From an uncultured delta proteobacterium (GTDB lineage Bacteria > Desulfobacterota > Desulfuromonadia > Geobacterales > DSM-12255), in the NCBI GenBank assembly GCA_963787125.1, contig CAWBBV010000001.1, positions 512,001 through 576,000 on the forward strand: a stretch of 64,000 nucleotides of DNA. The letters are read 5' to 3'. Shown one piece after another: positions 60,292 through 64,000 of the stretch. The position numbers and the translations under genes are program-made. Numbering within the stretch: position 1 is the first letter of the stretch; every line of letters starts with the position of its first letter. Below the pieces are notes generated by a model that saw only the letters and a program-made list of their open reading frames with translations, did no database searches and was not told the origin of the DNA.

Positions 60292-61285
60292 TTTCTCCTT
60301 TCACAGGCATATTTTTTATAAGGTTATCATACTCTGCGGCAGTTACCGCTGTCTTCCAGTGACCGGTGACTTTGCCGATGATTGTCCCGCCGCAGAAAAT
60401 CAGCAGTACCAAAAGGGCAAAGATAATCCCGGGAACAACGATCTTTCGCCCAGGGAGTTTCATCGCCAGCGCCCCCTCTGCCCGGCAATGGCTGATACAG
60501 CGCCAGCAGCCGACACATTCGGGGGAGTGAACACGTAGTTGCTCCATGACCGGTATCCCTGCCGGACAGAATTGGCTGCAAGCACCGCAAGAAACGCAGA
60601 TATCTTTGTCCCTGGTAACTTTTGTCGGAGAGAAGAAGGCGATGAGCCCAAGTAACGCCCCGTAAGGGCAGAGGAAACGGCAGAACGGGTTTTTGAGCGG
60701 CAGTGAAAGTAACAGAGTGACAATGATGAAAATCAGCGGGAAGCCGGAGATGTTAAGAAAAAAGTCAAGCATCCTCACATCGGCAATCTTGTTATAGTCC
60801 GACTCGATAAAGGCTGTAATCTGTGCTGCCGGCATCCTGACGAAGATAAAGAAAATGAAAAATGCAAGCAGCAGATATTTCAGGCTTCTCAGGGTGCCGT
60901 CGAGCCATGGCGGGAGGCGAAAATTTCGTTTAAAGAGAGAAAAGCCGCTCTTCCAGAGCAACTCTTCCATGGTGCCGATCGGGCAGATCCATGAACAGAA
61001 AGAGCGCCTGAGTAGCAGCGAGACCAGCACAATCGCAACAAGGATCACAACTGAAGCCGGATGTATCAGGTTGATACTGCCGGTAGAAAGCCAGTCCTTG
61101 ACACCGAGCAGTGCGGCAATCGGCAGAAATCCTTCAACGCCATCAGGTCTGGCAACAGCGGGAGATATGCCGCCGGTTCTGAAGTGAGCGACAAACTGAT
61201 AAAAACGGATGCCGAGATAAATAATGAAAAAAAGGTAGAGCCACTGTATCGCCACTCTGAGGGGCTGCATGAAGCGGTTTCCCAT
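60272..61285 (-). CDS. Membrane 4Fe-4S binding protein (NapH/MauN-like)
   Basis: FCSWICP, FCRFLCP, CVSCGAC..FCP, CVGCWRC; multiple TM helices. Confidence 0.9.
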   Translation of the reverse strand: MGNRFMQPLRVAIQWLYLFFIIYLGIRFYQFVAHFRTGGISPAVARPDGVEGFLPIAALLGVKDWLSTGSINLIHPASVVILVAIVLVSLLLRRSFCSWICPIGTMEELLWKSGFSLFKRNFRLPPWLDGTLRSLKYLLLAFFIFFIFVRMPAAQITAFIESDYNKIADVRMLDFFLNISGFPLIFIIVTLLLSLPLKNPFCRFLCPYGALLGLIAFFSPTKVTRDKDICVSCGACSQFCPAGIPVMEQLRVHSPECVGCWRCISHCRAEGALAMKLPGRKIVVPGIIFALLVLLIFCGGTIIGKVTGHWKTAVTAAEYDNLIKNMPVKGESDARTH

Positions 61286-61377
61286 AGTTTTAAAATTCCT
61301 TTCCGTGCGCAAGACTTTACGACTTATTCTGTCGCACACATGTGTTAGCCTCTCGATACAAGGATCAGGGAGGGGTT

Positions 61378-61566
61378 ATGGAACTTATATCATTTTTTAG
61401 CGCAGGGATTACAATTTATTGCGGCTGGGTGGCGGTGCAGGATGACGTAAGGTGCTGGCGGCATTTTCGGAGAGTCTCCGCGCAGCGGGTAAAAAGTCCG
61501 CCACAGGTAAAGGTTGTCACTCAGACAAGCTATTCATGTTCGCTGCTCTCTTGTTCAAGGTTATAG
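61378..61566 (+). CDS. Small hypothetical protein
   Basis: AGGGAGG RBS; hydrophobic N-terminus; overlaps the convergent gene end. Confidence 0.45.
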   Translation: MELISFFSAGITIYCGWVAVQDDVRCWRHFRRVSAQRVKSPPQVKVVTQTSYSCSLLSCSRL

Positions 61567-62993
61567 CGTACGATTCTGCTGCGCAGGGTATTACGGGATA
61601 TTCCGAGCATTTTTGCTGTCAGTACCTGGTTGTGGCAACTCTTTTTTAATGCAAGCTCGATGGTGGCTTTTTCCAGTCCCTGGCTGACATTCTGATATAA
61701 ATCTTCGATGTTGTCCGGATGAGAAGACTCTATTTTGGGTTCGAGTAGTCGCATGAAATAGGCGTAGTAGCTGTTCTCCTCAAGGTTGGGTATTGCGGGA
61801 GCCGCCTGTGCGGTGCTGACACTGACAATATCTTCCCTTCTCAGTATTTCCCCCTGCGCCAGCGCCGCCGCTGAGCCAATTACGTTTTTAAGCTCCCTTA
61901 TATTACCTTCCCAGCGGCATTGTAGCAGGTAGTCCCTGGCCTTGGTAGAGACCCCCTTGATCTGTTTTCCATGCTTGAGAGAAAATATCCTGCAGAAAAG
62001 ATCAATGAGAATAGGGATATCCTCAGGCCGCTCCCTTAAGGGCGGCAGGGTTATATTCACCCCTTTGAGACGGTGATAAAGATCCAGTCGGAAGAGTTTC
62101 TGGTGAACAGCCTCTTCCAGGTTTGCGTTGGTGGCGGCAATAACACGCACGTCTGTTCTTATCGGCTCATTGCCGCCAATTCTCTCAAATTCTTGATTTT
62201 CCAGAACTCTCAAGAGTTTGCTCTGGCTCAGCAGACTCATCTCGCCGATTTCATCAAGGAGGATCGTGCCACCGTTGCAATGCTCGAATTTACCGATTCG
62301 CCGTTGATGGGCATCGGTAAACGCCCCTTTTTCATGACCGAACAGTTCAGCCTCCAGCAGAGTTTCCGGCGTTGCTGCGCAGTTAATGGCAAGAAAAGGT
62401 TTGGTGTTGCGGTTGGAATGGCTGTAAATGGCCTTTGCAAGGAGTTCCTTGCCGGTGCCGCTCTCGCCCTGAATCAGCACGGTTGCGTCATTATCGGCGA
62501 TTTTACCTATAAGTTTCCATATTTCCATCATCTTTGGCGATGAGCCGATCATCAGATCCTCGCCAAGATCCGACTTATCAAGATGGGTAGAGTTGGGAAT
62601 GTAGTGGACGCGGCGATTGAGAATGCTGCATTCAAGGGCTTTACGGATCACCAGCTGAAAAAGTTGCAAGTCCGGCGGTTTAATAAGGTAGTCAAAAGCC
62701 CCGTGTTTCATTGTTTCGATTGTGTCACTGACATTGCCGCAAGTAGTGGTCATTATGATTGAGACGGCATGGTCGATTTTCTTTGCTTCAAAGAGAAATT
62801 GAATGCCGGTCATGCCTGGAAGGCACATGTCATAGAGTATGACATTGGGGTGATGTGAGCTGATATGGCGCATCCCCTCATGGGGGTCGACAGTCTCAAA
62901 CAGAGAAATGTCATAATCCGGAAGAGTTTTAAAAAGTCTGGCGGAGAGCTCTTTGCCGTCTTTGCCGTCAACTATCAGAAAGTGGTATTTCAT
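61530..62993 (-). CDS. Sigma-54-dependent response regulator
   Basis: [25 protein letters not shown], Fis HTH. Confidence 0.93.
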   Translation of the reverse strand: MKYHFLIVDGKDGKELSARLFKTLPDYDISLFETVDPHEGMRHISSHHPNVILYDMCLPGMTGIQFLFEAKKIDHAVSIIMTTTCGNVSDTIETMKHGAFDYLIKPPDLQLFQLVIRKALECSILNRRVHYIPNSTHLDKSDLGEDLMIGSSPKMMEIWKLIGKIADNDATVLIQGESGTGKELLAKAIYSHSNRNTKPFLAINCAATPETLLEAELFGHEKGAFTDAHQRRIGKFEHCNGGTILLDEIGEMSLLSQSKLLRVLENQEFERIGGNEPIRTDVRVIAATNANLEEAVHQKLFRLDLYHRLKGVNITLPPLRERPEDIPILIDLFCRIFSLKHGKQIKGVSTKARDYLLQCRWEGNIRELKNVIGSAAALAQGEILRREDIVSVSTAQAAPAIPNLEENSYYAYFMRLLEPKIESSHPDNIEDLYQNVSQGLEKATIELALKKSCHNQVLTAKMLGISRNTLRSRIVRYNLEQESSEHE

Positions 62994-63214
62994 GGTCGCG
63001 GCCTTATCAGATGCAGTTAAGTTAGCGCTGCATAATTAAGGCTACTACCAGGAATTATTTTGTCAACTCGGGAGTCTATCGGACTTAGGAAATCAAAGCG
63101 AAAATTCGGCTGTATGATGGCAGATTTCGCCAAATTTGCAGGTCAATAGCTGTTCTATTGATCAAGAAAGTGGCGAGATATGAACCGTTCAGACGGATTT
63201 GCAGCAGATTTATT

Positions 63215-63982
63215 CTAAGTCCGACAGCCTCCCAGTCGCTGGTCCAAGAGGTGTCGTGGCTGGACATTGGCGAGGGCGCTCAGGAGACTGCGCTTGACGT
63301 GGGGGATTGATTTCTGCAGTTCAGTCAGAAGCTGCTTCATTTTTTTCCGTTGCATGTCAGCCGTGCCGCAGACCGGACAGCAGCAGCAGACAACCGGGAA
63401 GCTGTTTTCCAGGGAGAACTGGATGATCTCCTGCTCTTCTACATAGACCAGTGGTCTGATAACAGTCGTTTCACCATTGTCGGCAAGCATCGACGGCGCC
63501 ATTGCCTTGAGGGAGCCGACAAAGAACTGGTTAAGGAGCAGAGTCTCGATAAAATCATCGAGATGGTGACCGAGTGCCAGTTTGTTGCAGCCGTATTGCT
63601 TGGCAAGAGTATAAAGCGAGCCGCGTTTCAGCCGGGCGCAGATGGAGCAATAGGAGGAACCGGGGCGGCGCTTCTCCTTGATTATTTCGTAGTGCCCTGC
63701 ATTCTCAAGGTGATGCTTAAAGCTGTTATCTTCCAGATGATTGACAATGACGTCAGAGCGAAAGCCGGGATAACCCGAGTCTATGGTTATGGCAACAAGC
63801 TCGTATTTGATCGGGGCACGGCGTCTGAGCTCCTCAAGAATATGGAGCAGAGAATAAGAATCTTTTCCTCCAGAAACTCCGACCGCAATTCTGTCTCCAT
63901 CCTGTATCAGTGAAAAATCGGCAATCGCCCGGCCGACAGCATTTTTAATCTGTGTATAACGCTTGTTTTTTATCAGCGGCAT
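63215..63982 (-). CDS. ttcA: tRNA 2-thiocytidine synthetase
   Basis: SGGKDS PP-loop, CSIC, GHHLDD, IRPL, CCCPVC. Confidence 0.93.
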   Translation of the reverse strand: MPLIKNKRYTQIKNAVGRAIADFSLIQDGDRIAVGVSGGKDSYSLLHILEELRRRAPIKYELVAITIDSGYPGFRSDVIVNHLEDNSFKHHLENAGHYEIIKEKRRPGSSYCSICARLKRGSLYTLAKQYGCNKLALGHHLDDFIETLLLNQFFVGSLKAMAPSMLADNGETTVIRPLVYVEEQEIIQFSLENSFPVVCCCCPVCGTADMQRKKMKQLLTELQKSIPHVKRSLLSALANVQPRHLLDQRLGGCRT

Positions 63983-64000
63983 TATCAGTCCTGTTCTTGA

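Overview
A 64-kb chromosomal segment from a Geobacter-like deltaproteobacterium. This assignment rests on an ImcH-type heptaheme cytochrome, a Geobacter-type GEMM-I riboswitch, selA and dusB-ntrB-ntrC. Housekeeping genes (ileS-lspA, kup, rmuC, selA, rsgA, DEAD-box helicase, lysA-like, trxB, xerC, MacAB-type ABC exporter, ttcA) are interspersed with small accessory modules: an AbiEi/AbiEii pair, a two-lipase cassette, a riboswitch/HD-GYP cassette, and a vapBC/XRE/DUF362/epimerase/acyltransferase island. Main observations not explained by the ORF track: (1) an unannotated 54-codon candidate membrane selenoprotein with an in-frame UGA and a SECIS-like hairpin (16992-17156); (2) two integrase-free cassettes, each bounded by a duplicated 3' end of the neighbouring core gene (ntrC; DEAD-box helicase); (3) a cGAMP-type riboswitch with ON-switch geometry upstream of an HD-GYP phosphodiesterase; (4) a (CA)9 tract that frameshifts an epimerase, a candidate for phase variation; (5) a ~185-nt promoter-to-terminator transcript or leader peptide before the efflux operon; (6) five single-base frameshifts clustered in a DCCP/activator operon. 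All calls come from reading the sequence and recognising motifs; no database search was run. Start codons were adjusted by eye where an RBS or overlap suggested a better start.
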